Of a DNA stretch of 64,000 nucleotides, positions 14,395 through 27,676 are shown piece by piece. Source of the DNA: Eledone cirrhosa (taxonomy: Eukaryota); NCBI GenBank assembly GCA_964016885.1, contig OZ024740.1:342178001-342242000 (forward strand), read 5' to 3'. The notes under the pieces were generated by a model. The model saw only the letters and a list, made by a program, of their open reading frames with translations. It was not told where the DNA came from and did not search any database. The translations under genes and the position numbers were made by a program. Positions within the stretch are counted from its first letter, which is position 1. Each line of letters starts with the position of its first letter.

Positions 14395-15472
14395 TAAGTA
14401 GGAAAGGAAAGAAGATTGGACCCTGATTCCCTCAGGAAAATGGCCCTGCTCAATATATATCCGAAGTGCGATGTTGCATAGTGAATCATGGGCAATGGCT
14501 GTAGAGGACATGCATAGGTTGGAAAGAAATGAAGCAACCATGCTTCATTGGATGTGTAATGTAAATGTGAGAAAAAAGTAGAGCTTGGATGAACTGAGGG
14601 AGAAACTGGGTTTAAGAGGAATCCGAACTGGTATACAAGAGAGATGACTGCATTGATACCAACATGTGATGTGCTTCGATGATGGTAGATGGGTGAAGAA
14701 GTGCCATAAAATCCCAGTAGAAGGAAGCCACAGAAGACCTGGGCAGAAGGGGTGAGAACTGATCTCAAATCACTGAGATTATGAAGGAACACAATAGGTG
14801 GAGAGATGTTGTGCTGAAAAGGACCTGTCAAACCCATGCAAACGTGGAAAAATGTAGGTAAAAACGATGATGATGATGGTAACACACAGTCTTCTCTGTG
14901 TGTATAAATATATATATATATGTATATGCGTTGTCTGCAGGAGAGGAGATTGTGTTGGTATGGACATGTGATGCGTATGAAGGATGACAGTTGCATAAAA
15001 AGGTGCAGAGCATTAAAAGTCGATAGAAGCCTTGGAGTGGGGAGAAGACCTGGAATGTGGTGATAAAAACTGACCTTGCCCAATTGTACCTCTTAAAGGA
15101 GATGACACAAGACCAAGACCTCTGGCGTTATGCAGTTATACAGAAGACCCGAATTCCCACGGGTACAAGCTGAAGCATATAGACAATATGCCCCCAAGCC
15201 CCTCCTGCTGTAAAGTGGTCGTGTAGGTGTCACAACATAAAAGGACCCAGTCCACACTATAAAGTGGTTGTGTAGGCACCACGGTAAAAAAGCACCCAGT
15301 ACTCACTGTAAATGAGGTTGGTGTTAGGAAGGGCATCCAGCTGTAGAAATTGAGCCAAAATCTGTCCTGTGTGAGCAAGACACGGTCACCTGACCTGGCA
15401 TTGCCCACAACAGGACAACCTGTCTAACCCATGCTAGCGTGGAGACATTGACGTAAAACAGTTATGATGATA
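14395..15472 (+). mobile_element. nested, degraded RTE 3' fragments and RTE-type 3' UTR
   Basis: Remnants of [24 protein letters not shown]; two (GAT)n tails; 48-nt 3' module. Confidence 0.7.
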
Positions 15473-15984
15473 TATATAGTAAGGGGTTAACAGAATAGGG
15501 ATGTGTGGATCACACCATGATCTGTTGGTTGTGAAGCAGATAAAAAGAAGCGCTCAATGACCTGTATAAATGGTACAAGACGGAGTATTATATATTAATA
15601 AAAGATCGGAGGCTATATTCAGTTGATTCAGGTTTATTTAAAACTCTGTTATACATATTTCACTGAGGACTATCAGTTATGATAGCCCGAGCTCTTCAGA
15701 CGGCAAAACCTAAAATAAACATAGAAAGTTCCAAGAAACCTTAAAAATTTGGAAAAAATCTAATAATTTCCCCCTAAAAAAGATTTTCTTTTCATTATAC
15801 AGTGGGCCGGCTGAATGTGTGGTGCTGTTTCTTCGACGGCCGGCTCCTGTATAACCCCAAGAGTTTAGGAAGTAACGAAAACGGTTGGTAGCCTTTCTTC
15901 CTCCCTTCCTTATCATTATCTGTTGTAGTAGTAATCTCAGCGGCTGCTATAATAGTAGTGACAACCCCTCCCAACCCCATATTG

Positions 15985-16330
15985 TCCACAGGTCTGTACA
16001 CTGAGATTACTTTATCTACCCACTTGTCAGCTAGTAGTATACCTACACCACTTATCCCATCGTCATTTCCCACCCAGAAAAATTTGTAACACCGACTTTT
16101 TCCTACAAGGACTCTGGCAGACTCTCCTCTCCATCTAGTCTCTTGCACACAGCATACATCAATTTCCTTTCGCTCTAGCATTTCTACGATTTCTCCTGCT
16201 CTTCCTTTCATTGAGCCTACATTGATGGTACCAACTCAGAGTTTTGGGCATTTGTCGACACTCGTAGGCAAGGGTCTCTGGATTGGCGCTTCACATGGGT
16301 GCTTGGTCGCTCGCAGATTCATATTTCATC
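15985..16330 (-). mobile_element. RTE LINE endonuclease N-terminal fragment
   Basis: ORF 15795-16211(-): GEIVEMLERKEIDVCCVQETRWRG, GVGILL (APE endonuclease). Confidence 0.8.
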
Positions 16331-16954
16331 TATTGATTCAGAGTTGCTCAAATTTATTCTCAGCTCATCCATCCATAACGGTAGGAAAATTGAGGGCTAG
16401 AAGAACAGTGGTGGTGGGATAATGGCAGGGTGTGTTGGGCTGGGACAGGGGAGGAGAGTGTTAGTTAGTTAGGTAGTAGTAGTAGCAGCAGCAGCAGAAG
16501 AAATGGCATGCTGAGGTTTGATTGGTCGAATAGGCTATGGTGGTGTAAGGGGGGGGGAATTGTGAGGTAGGCACTGAGGGTCGCCGTCAAGGCTAACAAA
16601 CTAACCGATAGAATACCGCATGGCAAAATATCCGATATAATACAACAACAATAATATTAATAATAATAGCGTCATAAGAGCTAAATACCTTTGAAAAATT
16701 TGGATGGATGGATGGTTGGAACGAAGCCAAATCAACTCTAGTGATTCATTTTAGCCGATAGGATAGAGTGTCTTATCTCTTCAATAGCTTCAAGATGAGT
16801 GAGGTGGAATGGGCGAAAGGGGAACGGGAGGTAATGGGTGGCTTAGAGATAGATAGAGAGAGGGTAGCCATCATAGAGAGAGAGATAGAGAGGGGGGGGG
16901 TCACCGTCAAGGCTAACAAACTAACCGATAGAATACCGCATAGCAAAATATCCG

Positions 16955-16990
<36 letters not shown>

Positions 16991-17113
16991 TATATGTGTG
17001 TATATATATATATAGGTATATGTGTGTATATATATATATATAGGTATATGTGTGTGTATATATATATATATATAGGTATATGTGTGTGTATATATATATA
17101 TGTATATATATAG

Positions 17114-17155
<42 letters not shown>

Positions 17156-17157
<2 letters not shown>

Positions 17158-17503
17158 GGGCACATGGCTTAGTGGTTAGAGCATTGGCCTTGCAATCGAA
17201 AGGTTGTGAGTTCAATTCTCAGACCGGGTGATGTGTTGTTTCCTTGAGCAAGACACTTTATTTCACATTGCTCCAGTTTACACAGCTGTAGAAATGAGAT
17301 GGTAGGGACTGGGGTCCATATCATTCCACTGCAAAGTGGTCGTGGAGGTGCCACGGCAAAAAAGCACCCAGCACTCACTGTAAATGAGGTTGGTGTTAGG
17401 AAGGGCATCCAGCTGTAGAAATCAAGCCAGAATCAGTTCCCGCCCCACCCTTGCAAGCAGGGAAAAGTGGAGGTAAAATAAAATGAAATGATGAATGATG
17501 ATA
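17156..17503 (+). mobile_element. tRNA-derived SINE (family A) with RTE-like 3' tail
   Basis: tggcttagtggttagagc A box, gttcaattc B box; near-identical to 32022-32358(+) and 59946-60278(-). Confidence 0.85.
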
Positions 17504-17647
17504 TAAATAGGTATATGTGTGTATATATATGTATATATATATAGGTATATGTGTGTATATATATACACATATATATACACACATATACCTATATATCATC
17601 ATTCATCATTTCATTTCATTTTACGTCCACTTTTCCCTGTCCACATA

Positions 17648-18060
17648 TCCGGGAGAGATGACCCCTTAGCCTTTTTCAAGGCAGAATTCTAGGAGAAGAA
17701 AAACTCTGATATAACACCTGCAACTCTGATGGTATCCAATGATGTTGACTTGTTCTTCTTTTTGGTAAATATCATCTTGGTTAAGAGAGTGGGACTGGCT
17801 TTGTGCAGTGCCTTTGCTCACTATAAAAGCTTCACGGCACAGGCATTGCTTTATATCTGGAGATCTCTCTGCACTTGTCGTCACATGATACCATGGGCCC
17901 AGCACTAAGTGTCAATAATTGTCACAGGTGCAGTGTTTGTACCAGAGCTTTCAAGTCGCTGGCTGGACTAAAAAGTCACACTCGTCCAGTGCATCGGTAG
18001 GGGTTCTCCTACATGGATATAAAGTAGTGGCCGTACTCGAAAACTAGTTGGCAGCCACCA
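17648..18060 (+). mobile_element. second copy of the 912-1518 interspersed repeat
   Basis: High identity to 1108-1518. Confidence 0.7.
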
Positions 18061-18078
18061 TATATATATATAGGTATA

Positions 18079-18164
<86 letters not shown>

Positions 18165-18165
18165 G

Positions 18166-18200
<35 letters not shown>

Positions 18201-18201
18201 G

Positions 18202-18238
<37 letters not shown>

Positions 18239-18239
18239 G

Positions 18240-18277
<38 letters not shown>

Positions 18278-18313
18278 GTATATGTGTGTATATATATATA
18301 CATATATATATAG

Positions 18314-18348
<35 letters not shown>

Positions 18349-18349
18349 G

Positions 18350-18386
<37 letters not shown>

Positions 18387-18387
18387 G

Positions 18388-18424
<37 letters not shown>

Positions 18425-18425
18425 G

Positions 18426-18460
<35 letters not shown>

Positions 18461-18543
18461 GGTATGTGTATATATATATATATATATAGGTATGTGTATA
18501 TATATATATATATATAGGTATGTGTGTATATATATATATATAG

Positions 18544-18575
<32 letters not shown>
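18061..18575. repeat. (TA)n array punctuated by aggtatgtgtg
   Basis: Direct inspection; same signature at 16960-17155. Confidence 0.9.
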
Positions 18576-19060
18576 GAATGTATATATAGTGTATTTTGCA
18601 ATACACTTTATGCTTAATTAAAAGCATTTTGAAGACTGTGTGCAATTGTTTTAGAGTAGTGACAGACTCACTTACTTTAATTTCAGCAAACAATTTCTAA
18701 AACAATTGCATAAGGTCTTCAAAATGCTTTTAATTAAGCATAAAGTGTATTGCAAAATACACTGTATATACATTCATATATATATGGCTATTTCAGAGCA
18801 CCAATTCTAATTTTTAATTTCTGCTTGACCGGCAACCGCTCTGTATAATCAGTTCCTGATTATTTACTAGAATTCTATAAGAACATAACATCCGTAATTT
18901 CAGCAGACGGGAGGAGTAGTTGGCTTTGATAAGCATCAATAAATGCAGAAACAAGGCCTTGTCAGCTTTATCTCCCCCTGTTTGCTGAAATTAAAGTAAG
19001 GTATATGTGTATATATATATATATATAGGATATATGTGTATAAATATATATATATATATA

Positions 19061-22000
19061 TCATCATCATCATCAACGTTTAACGTCCGTGTTCCATGCT
19101 TGCATGGGTTTGGACGGGGGTAGTCCCACTTGAGGCAAGAGTGATTGTCTTGCTCGCATAGGACTGTCTGGCAGGTTTTCTACAGTTGGATGCCCTTCCT
19201 AACACTAACCACATTTACAGTGTGGGTCTGGGAGGTTTTTACCGTGTTGCCTACACGGCCACATTACAGCGTGGACTGTGTTTTTTTTTGTCGTGACACC
19301 TACACGATCTCATTTGTTTCGGCCTGGATGGTGTGGCACCAACATAACTTTACATAGAACGGGGTGGTGTGGATGGGGTGGGGGTGGTGGGACGGGGGGG
19401 GGGTATTTTGTTAGAGATGCCTACTGGCTGTAGTAGGTTTTACTATGTATTTAGGTAAGGCGGGTCTTCTCTGTTACAGAGTACCGCCAAAGGTCTCGGT
19501 CCAGTGACATTGTCTTGGAGAGGTGTAAGTGTGTGAGGTCGGAGTTTATCAGCTCGTCCCAGGTTTTTCTAGGTCTGCCTATTCCGTGGCTACCGTCTAT
19601 CTTTATTGCCCTGCACTTTGTTATACAGCTATCGACTTTCATGCGCATCACGTGTCCATACCAACGTAGCCTTCTCTCGAGTAAACAACATCTGATCCCT
19701 CTTATCTCTAATTTTTTCCTTAGTTCATTTATGCTTTGCCGTTCACGTATATTACTGTTACACATCCAGCGGAGCATGCAAGCTTTGTTCCTCTCTAGTC
19801 TGCGTATATCCTCTGCACACAATGCTCAGGTCTCACTGCCATGCAACATTGCTGTTCGTATGCAGGCATCGTACAACCTGCCTTTCATTTTTAGGGAGAA
19901 CCCTTTAGCAGCTAATAGTGGTATAAGCTCTCTGAACTTTTTCCAACCAGTTCTGACTCTAGCTACTGTACTTTCAGAGCACCCTCCCCCACTGCTGATT
20001 TTATCACCCAGGTAACGGAAACTGTCCACTATTTCTATAGAACCCTCTGCGCAATTGAAAGAGCTAGTATTTTGTGGGCACTTGCTGCTACTTATTGCAC
20101 CAGAGCACCGGCCACATGTAAAATCTATGTTCTTAGTTAGCTTACCTGTGATCCCACTACATCTTTTATGCACCCATACTTTGCATTTAGGACATAAAAT
20201 GGAGTTTCTACCTACGCCTTTCCTACACACCGAGCACGACCATTTCCCAGAAGGGACCGCCGCCTTATTTTCTTTCCTACAAACTAGAACTTTAGTCTTA
20301 GCCAGGTTAATTTTAAGGCCTTTTGATTCTAGGCCGTGCTTCCATGTTTGGAATTTCTTCTCTAGCTCGGCCATTGATTCCGCTATGAGTGTCAGGTCGT
20401 CTGCGTATAGGAGTTCCCATGGGCAGCCGGTCTTGAACTCCTCTGTTATAGCCTGAAGGGCAATAATAAATAGTAGGGGGCTGAGAACAGAGCCCTGATG
20501 GACGCCAACTTTTACGCTAGACTCTTCACTATATTCGTTGTTAATTCTAACCTTGCTGACTGTTTCTTTATACATGGCTTGTATAGCTCTCACAAGCCAT
20601 TCGTCAACGCCTAGTTTTCTAAGAGCCCACCAGATAATGGAGCGGGGGACTCTGTCGAAGGCTTTCTCCAAGTCGACAAAAGCTAAGTAGAGGGGTTTAC
20701 CTTTAGCTAGGTACTTCTCCTGTAGTTGTCGTACAATGAAAAGAGCCTCTGTGGTACTTTTGCCTGACACAAACCCGAACTGCATTTCATCTAGGTCAAT
20801 TCTCTCTCTGATTAGTTGTGCTATTACTTTTTCCGTGACCTTCATGACGTGGTCGATTAATTTAATGCCTCTATAGTTACTCCTATCTAGGGCGTCTCCT
20901 TTACCCTTATAACAGTTAACGATGATGCTGCTATGCCAGTCCTTTGGAACAACCCCATTCTGTACGACTTGGTTAACTATGCGGGTGACCATGGTGTGTC
21001 CCACCGTGCCAGATGCCTTCAGCATCTCAGCAACTATTTCCGAAGGCCCAGCCGCCTTACCCGTCTTCATATCCTTGATTGCCTTACTTATTATACTCCC
21101 CTCGACTAACACTGCTGGTCCCTCTATTGGGTCGATATGGGGGAGACTGTCTTTCTCCCATTTATTCTCCTCATTTAGTAGCCTTTCATAGTGACACTTC
21201 CAAGCTACCTTCTTATCAGCGTCGGTGATGGCAAGTGTGCCATCATCATTTAGTACACACTTCTCCCCGACAATATCACGGTTTTCCTTGACGCATTGCC
21301 TAGCAATCCTGAACACCTCACGTTTTTGGTCATCGCGTTGTAGAACATGCTTGAACTTTCTTTCCTCAGCTTCCCTTCTTGCTAAGTACACTTGTCTCCT
21401 AGCTTCCCTCCTGGCCACTTGATAGTCTTCTCTACTTCCCCCATCCCGCCATACTTTCCAAGCCTGCTTTTTGGCCTTAATTGACCCCTCCACTTTACTG
21501 TTCCACCACCATGTTACTCTCCTCCTGCCTACAGGCCTGCTCCAGCCACAGACTTCGTCTGTCGCCAACAGCAGGTTTGCTTTCAGAAATTCCCACTCTC
21601 CCTCTATATTGTCCGACTCTAAATGTTCTTCCTTACTGTCGAAAGCATCAAGTAATATGCTTTGAAATTTATTCCTGGCTGTGGGGTCCTTTAGCTTCCA
21701 TATTTTTCTCCTGAGGATAGTCCTCTTCTGCTGTCGAGTACGTCTCGTCCTGACTATGAGGTCGCTAATTATCAGTCTATGTTGGGAGGTGCATTCTTCA
21801 TGGGGGAGGGATTTAGTGTTTACAACAGACACTCTGTCACGTCTTCTGGTAAGGATATAATCTACCTGGCTTGTGTGTTCCCCGGATCTATAGGTGATCA
21901 GGTGATTGTCCCGTTTTTTGAAGTTAGTGTTACAGATAGTTAGGTTATTTGCATCACAGAATTCTAGGATTCTGGAGCCTTCCTCATTTCTAGTACCAAA

Positions 22001-22820
22001 CCCATAGCCTCCATGGATTTCGTCGTAGCCGTCACAATGTTGTCCAACGTGACCATTTAGGTCGCCTGCAATAATTATATAGTCACTGTCGGATATTTGG
22101 GAGGTAGTTAGCATCAGTGTCTCATAGAATCTGTCTTTTATAGTGCCGGGCAGTCCGGATTGGGGTGCGTACGCAGATATTACTGTCACCGTAGTTCAAT
22201 TGAGGACAAGTCGTATTTTAATTATTCTGTCGTTCACTCTATTTACGTCTATTATCTTATCTGCCCACTTTTCTGCTACCATGATTCCTACTCCACCCAG
22301 CCCATCGTCGTTTCCCACCCAGAAAAGCTTATAACATCGTTTTTTACCCTCAATGAACCTAGCAGACCCACCCCTCCACCTGGTCTCTTGAATACAACAA
22401 ACATCGACCTCCTTACGTTCAAGCATTTCTACAACCTCGTTAGCGCGACCCTTTAGGGTGCCTACATTTATGGTACCAACTCTGAAGTTTGATGGGGTTA
22501 TGTTAGCCGTCCACGGTCGAAACAATGAGGAGTGCTCGCATTCTCGTCCACGAGGTGAATTTGTCTTTATCTTTATCTTTGGCATTGTCGCTGAACGTCC
22601 AGATTTTTCTCTCTCTCCTCCACTCTCCAGGATTCCGCAGTCCATCCATCCATCCATCATATATCGAAAGGCAACCAAGCAAGCGATAGTATAGGCCTCT
22701 GGCTTATGATTGGTCCGCGTAATAATAATACTGGTGATGCGTGGGGGCTCTGGCTTATGATTGGTCCACGTAATAGCAATGGTGGTGCGTGGGGGCGGGA
22801 GGTAGGGGTGTTGGGTAGCT
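19061..22820 (-). mobile_element. near full-length RTE-clade LINE (APE endonuclease, RT, PHD-like finger), two lesions
   Basis: ORFs 22196-22855 (GTINVGTL, QETRW), 19826-22189 (GDLNGHVG, LYADD) and 19451-19822; frameshift near 22190; TGG>TGA at 19826-19828 (other copies read HGSETW); 3' UTR and (GAT)n tail. Confidence 0.93.
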
Positions 22821-23482
22821 AGATAGAAGGTAATGATTGAATGGGGTCCTTGCATTTAACAAGCGATTAACAAAAATACAAAATTTGTTCTGTTCAATAC
22901 GACAAAAACTTTCGTATCTAACAATTAATGAATACAAAAAATGTAGATTGTTTTAGCAATAGATTGGCTATTTGGACTTGATACGAAATATGGAGTGTGG
23001 AGGTAGAGATGAAAGAAAAATATGTACATTACGTTACATGAATATTGTGGGGGGAGACAGCAATGCAATGAAATTTGGCGAAGTGAATTTCTATCTTATA
23101 TATATATATATATAGAGAGAGAGCTAAGAGAGAGAGAGAGTGGGGGGGGTTGGCCGCATGATGAGTGTGTATTGGGCGGTTGACCGCCATGCCCCGCAAA
23201 GTAGAGGGAAGGGGGGGGGGGTCGAGGAAGCGGGAGTTTAGAGTTTCGAAAGAAGGAAGAAGGAAAAGGATTTTGTTTTGTTTTGAAAATACGCTAGAAT
23301 TAGGAATTGAGGTTTGAAAATACGCTAGGAATTAAGGTTTGAAAATACGCTAGATTAAGAATTAAGGAATTTATAAGAAGAAGAGATAGAAGGTAATGAT
23401 TGAATGGGGTCCTTGCATTTAACAAGCGATTAACAAAAATACAAAATTTGTTCTGTTCAATACGACAAAAACTTTCGTATCT

Positions 23483-23948
23483 GCATTTCGCTCTCTGATT
23501 AGTTGCGCTATAACTTTTTCTGTGACCTTCATGACATGGTCAATTAATTTAATGCCTCTATAGTTTCCCCTATCTAGAGCATCTCCTTTACCCTTGTTGC
23601 AGTTAATGATGATGCTGCTATGCCAGTCATTTGTTATGACCCCATTCTGTATGACTTGGTTTACTATCCGGGAGACCATAGTGTGTCCCACCGATCCAGA
23701 TGCTTTCAGCATTTCAGCAACTATCACCGAAGGCCCAGCTGCTTTGCCTTACTTATTATACTTCCTTCAACTTGCACTGCTGGTCTCTCTATTGGATCAA
23801 TTTGGGGCAGTCTATATTTTTTCCCACTTATTCTCCTCATTTAGTTGCTTCTTGTAGTGACACTTCCAAGCTACCTTCTTATCAGTATCAGTGATGGCAA
23901 GTATACCATCATCATTATGGACACATTTCTCCCCGACAATATCACGGG
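23483..23948 (-). mobile_element. internal RTE LINE fragment
   Basis: Matches 20800-21280 (KGKGDALDRGNYRGIKL). Confidence 0.85.
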
Positions 23949-24331
23949 TATAACAAAGGGGGTGTGGTAAGATACCAGGTGGACCATAACGCACCAGAGT
24001 ACTCAATACTTAGGGTAGTAGAGTGGGTAATAGGAAAAGAGTCAGGACCCCGACGGCTGAGCTCTGGCCGTTTTGACAGCTAGATCTGAATGCAGAATGA
24101 ATTTTCGAAGATGAAAAATGGATGTAAAACGATGATGATGATGCTAAAACTTAGGTAAATATATTTTTTTTAAAAACAAACTAGTCTGGGAACTTTTTGA
24201 TACCACCTTATATATATATATATATACACACATATATTTTTATTAATACATACACATGAAGCCTAATGTATGAGTATGTATATATGTGTGTGTGTATATA
24301 TATATATATATCTATATATATCTATATATCG

Positions 24332-24668
24332 AAGAAACCCCCTTTGGTCACGAATGACCATGTGATTTGCACCTAGAAATTTTCCCTCCGGGGCATAAAT
24401 CCAAGCAAGGTTGTTTGAGGAAGACCAGCAGTCGCCCATGCATACCAGTCTCCCCTCTCCACGTCACTGATGTTGTCCCAGGGAAAGGCTATGGCTGATA
24501 CAGCTTGACACCAGTGATATCGCCACTCACTTCTACAGCTGAGTAAACTGGAGCAACGTGAAATAAAGTGTTTTGCTCAAGGACACAATGCATCACCCGG
24601 TCCAAGAATCAAACTCACAGCCTTTCGATTGCAAACCTAATGCTCTAACAACTAAGCCATGCGCCTTC
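24332..24668 (-). mobile_element. tRNA-derived SINE (family A head, different 3' body)
   Basis: Reverse complement starts gaaggcgcatggcttagttgttagagc and carries the shared core. Confidence 0.75.
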
Positions 24669-24849
24669 ACTACACAGACAAACACACCACACACACACAC
24701 CACACACACACACACAATGTAGTATGATTTAGGTATAAATATCCTGAGGTTAGAGCACTCAGTCCATAGGATGGGTTAAGTATTAGTTACTACAGTGACA
24801 TGTATAGGTACTTAAATTTCATTGGGTTATTCACCCCAACTCATTCAGT

Positions 24850-26590
24850 CTGTCATATGCGCAGAGCTCATTGCTGAATGCTATGCAGGCATTTTCACCA
24901 TTGAAGACCAGAGTGTACCATCTCCACCACCTATGACACCGGACTCTATTACAACCATGGAATTTACACCTGCAATGCTGCGACGTCACCTAAAAAATAA
25001 ACGCAACCATGCCTCTCCTGGTCTTGATGGTGTTACGTACCTGCTTCTTAAACGTGGTGGGTACTTCCTTCTACACCAGTTATCACGCTTCTTCCAATTC
25101 TGTCTGAACAACAGTGCTACTCCAGAACAGTGGAAAATTGCCAGTGTAATTCCTCTGTTCAAAAAGGGTGACCGCACATCACCTGTGAACTATCGTCCAG
25201 TCAGTCTTACTAGTTGCATCGCCAAACTGATGGAATCCTGTGTCAGAGAAACACTTTGGAACTTCTGGAGCTCTCACAGTCTTATCCGGCTCTCGCAATT
25301 TGGATTTATCCCCAACTCCAGCTGCTGTGATCAACTTATAGAGTTTCTTGAGGACATCACCCGGATCACTGATGGCGGCTCATGGGTGGATGTTGTTTAC
25401 CTTGACTTTGCGAAGGCCTTCAATTCTGTGCCGCACAAAAGGCTTATGGCAAAACTCTCTGCAATGGGTGTGAAGGATGATCTTTTTAACTGGTTGAAGT
25501 CCTTCATTCTCAGTCGAAGAGAGGTAGTCACGGTTCTGGGACAGCATTCCTCACCATATGAGATGTCATCTGGTGTACCTCAGGGATCTGTTCTTGGCCC
25601 CCTTTTGTTTGTGGCATATATTAATGACATAGATGCCAACTTAAGGAATGCCACAGTACTAAAGTACGCAGACGACATCAAGCTGTACCTTGAGATAAAA
25701 AGGACAGATCCTGAACACTATAGATCTTGCTTGCAGTCTGACCTGGACACAATGCAACAGTGGATCTCAGACTGGCAACTCAAGCTAGCTGTGGACAAGT
25801 GCACCACCATGCATTTTGGGAGTAAAAACCCAGCGTCCACATACTCCCTCCACAGCACTAATATCAAGAAGTCTTCCTGTGAACGTGACCTGGGCATTAC
25901 GGTCAGCAGCGATTTGCGTTGGACGAGGCACGTCTCTAAAATTGTCAAGAGGGCCGAGGGTGTCTTAGCATCACTCAGCAAGACCTTTGTCAGCCGCTCT
26001 CCAGATATCTATTTAAGACTGTATACAGCTATGGTGCGACCACACTTAGAATTTGCATCACCAGTCTGGAACCCCTATCTTGCTCAGGACATTGACCACC
26101 TGGAAACTGTTCAGAGACGTGCAACCAAGCGAATACCCTCCATCAGGCATCTACCATACTCTGAGCGCCTTGCTTCCCTGGGCATGGATTCATTGAAGCT
26201 CCGACGCCTGGCAACTGACTTGGTAAACACCCACAAAATTGTTAACCATGTTGCCAACAACAACCCTGAGTGCCTTTTCGATTTCCATGTGTCTAACACA
26301 CGTGGACATGCCCACAAAGTAAGAAAACAGCACAGTTCCCATGACTTTCGGAAACATTTTTTCACGCTCAGAGTTGCTGAAGCATGGAACAAACTACCTG
26401 CATCAGTTGTTAGCTGTCGAGACACTGCATCCTTTAAGGCCTCCATGCTTCCCGAGATCCGCCAACACTACAGCTAACACATACAAACATGTACTTCCCT
26501 GGCATTTGTGTATTATTCTATGTACTATATTGACGAGTTGTAGTGCACCTGAGCACTTTACACAATAATTTCATTATTATTATTATTATA
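24850..26590 (+). mobile_element. 5'-truncated CR1-group LINE with intact RT region and (ATT)n tail
   Basis: ORF 24822-26477: NYRPVSLTS, YLDFAKAFNSVPH, GVPQGSVLGP, KYADD, RPHLEFASPVWNP; tail caataatttcattattattatt. Confidence 0.92.
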
Positions 26591-26736
26591 TTAAAAATGA
26601 CAATATCCTTCATTTAAAAGAGAACACTGTGTGGTTATTTTTGAGGTTCCACATATAGTTGAATGAATTGGTGTGAATAACCCAAGAAATTCTAAGTACC
26701 TGTACATGTCACTGTTGTAACTAATTATCATTATGA

Positions 26737-26912
26737 ATTGGTAGTATCGGTAGAGGGTCGGACCTGCTTTCCAGCATAGTTACGTCCCTTTACGATCTGA
26801 GTTCAAATCCTGCCGAGGTTAACTTTGCCTTTCATCCTTACGGGGTCGTAAAATAAAGTACCAGTAATGTACTGGGATAATTGCTGGCCTTGTGCCAAAA
26901 GTAGAAACAATT
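26737..26912 (+). mobile_element. SINE family B
   Basis: gagttcaaatcc B box plus ctttgcctttcatccttacggggtcg..aaataaagtaccag core; several copies in the window. Confidence 0.8.
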
Positions 26913-26929
26913 ATATATATATATATATA

Positions 26930-27332
26930 TAAGACCCGCCTTGCCTAAATGCAAAGCAAAACCTAGTCAGTAGGCACTTCTTACCAAAATACACCCCCTT
27001 CCGACTACGCCCACCCCATCCACACAACTCCTTTCGATGTAAAGTTATGTTGGTACCATGACATCCAGTCCTAAATAAATGAGGTTGTGTAGGTGTCACG
27101 ACAAAAAAACACACAGTCCACGCTGTAATGTGGCTGTGTAGGTAACACGGTAAAAACCTCCCAGTCAACACTGTAAATGTGGTTGCTGTTAGGAAGAGTA
27201 TCCAGCCGTAGAAAACCCGCCAGTCAGTCCTATATGAGCAAGACAACCAATCTTGCCTCAAGTAGGAAAATTCCCGTCCAAACCCATGCTAGCGTGGAAG
27301 ATGGACGTTAAACGATGATGATGATGATGATA
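26930..27332 (+). mobile_element. solo RTE 3' UTR with (GAT)n tail
   Basis: Matches 39505-39872. Confidence 0.8.
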
Positions 27333-27519
27333 TAAAGTGTGAAGAGCAAATAGACAAAAAATACCTAATTTCGCTGACTGGTGTGTAGTTAAAGTGCACC
27401 CAAGCTGTGAGGTAGTCTGCTTGTCAAAAGACTCCCTCAGTATAAGGGCAGATTCCCTGAACTGACCACTACCAGTTAGAATTTTCGAAAGGGAAAATTA
27501 TCACATGGTTTTACGGTCA

Positions 27520-27587
<68 letters not shown>

Positions 27588-27617
27588 AAGCTTAGTAAAA
27601 TCGGAACTTTGGCTGTG

Positions 27618-27676
<59 letters not shown>

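Noticed and set aside
19515-20456. Plus-strand ORFs of 130-170 aa
   Set aside because: Antisense shadows of the RTE reading frame
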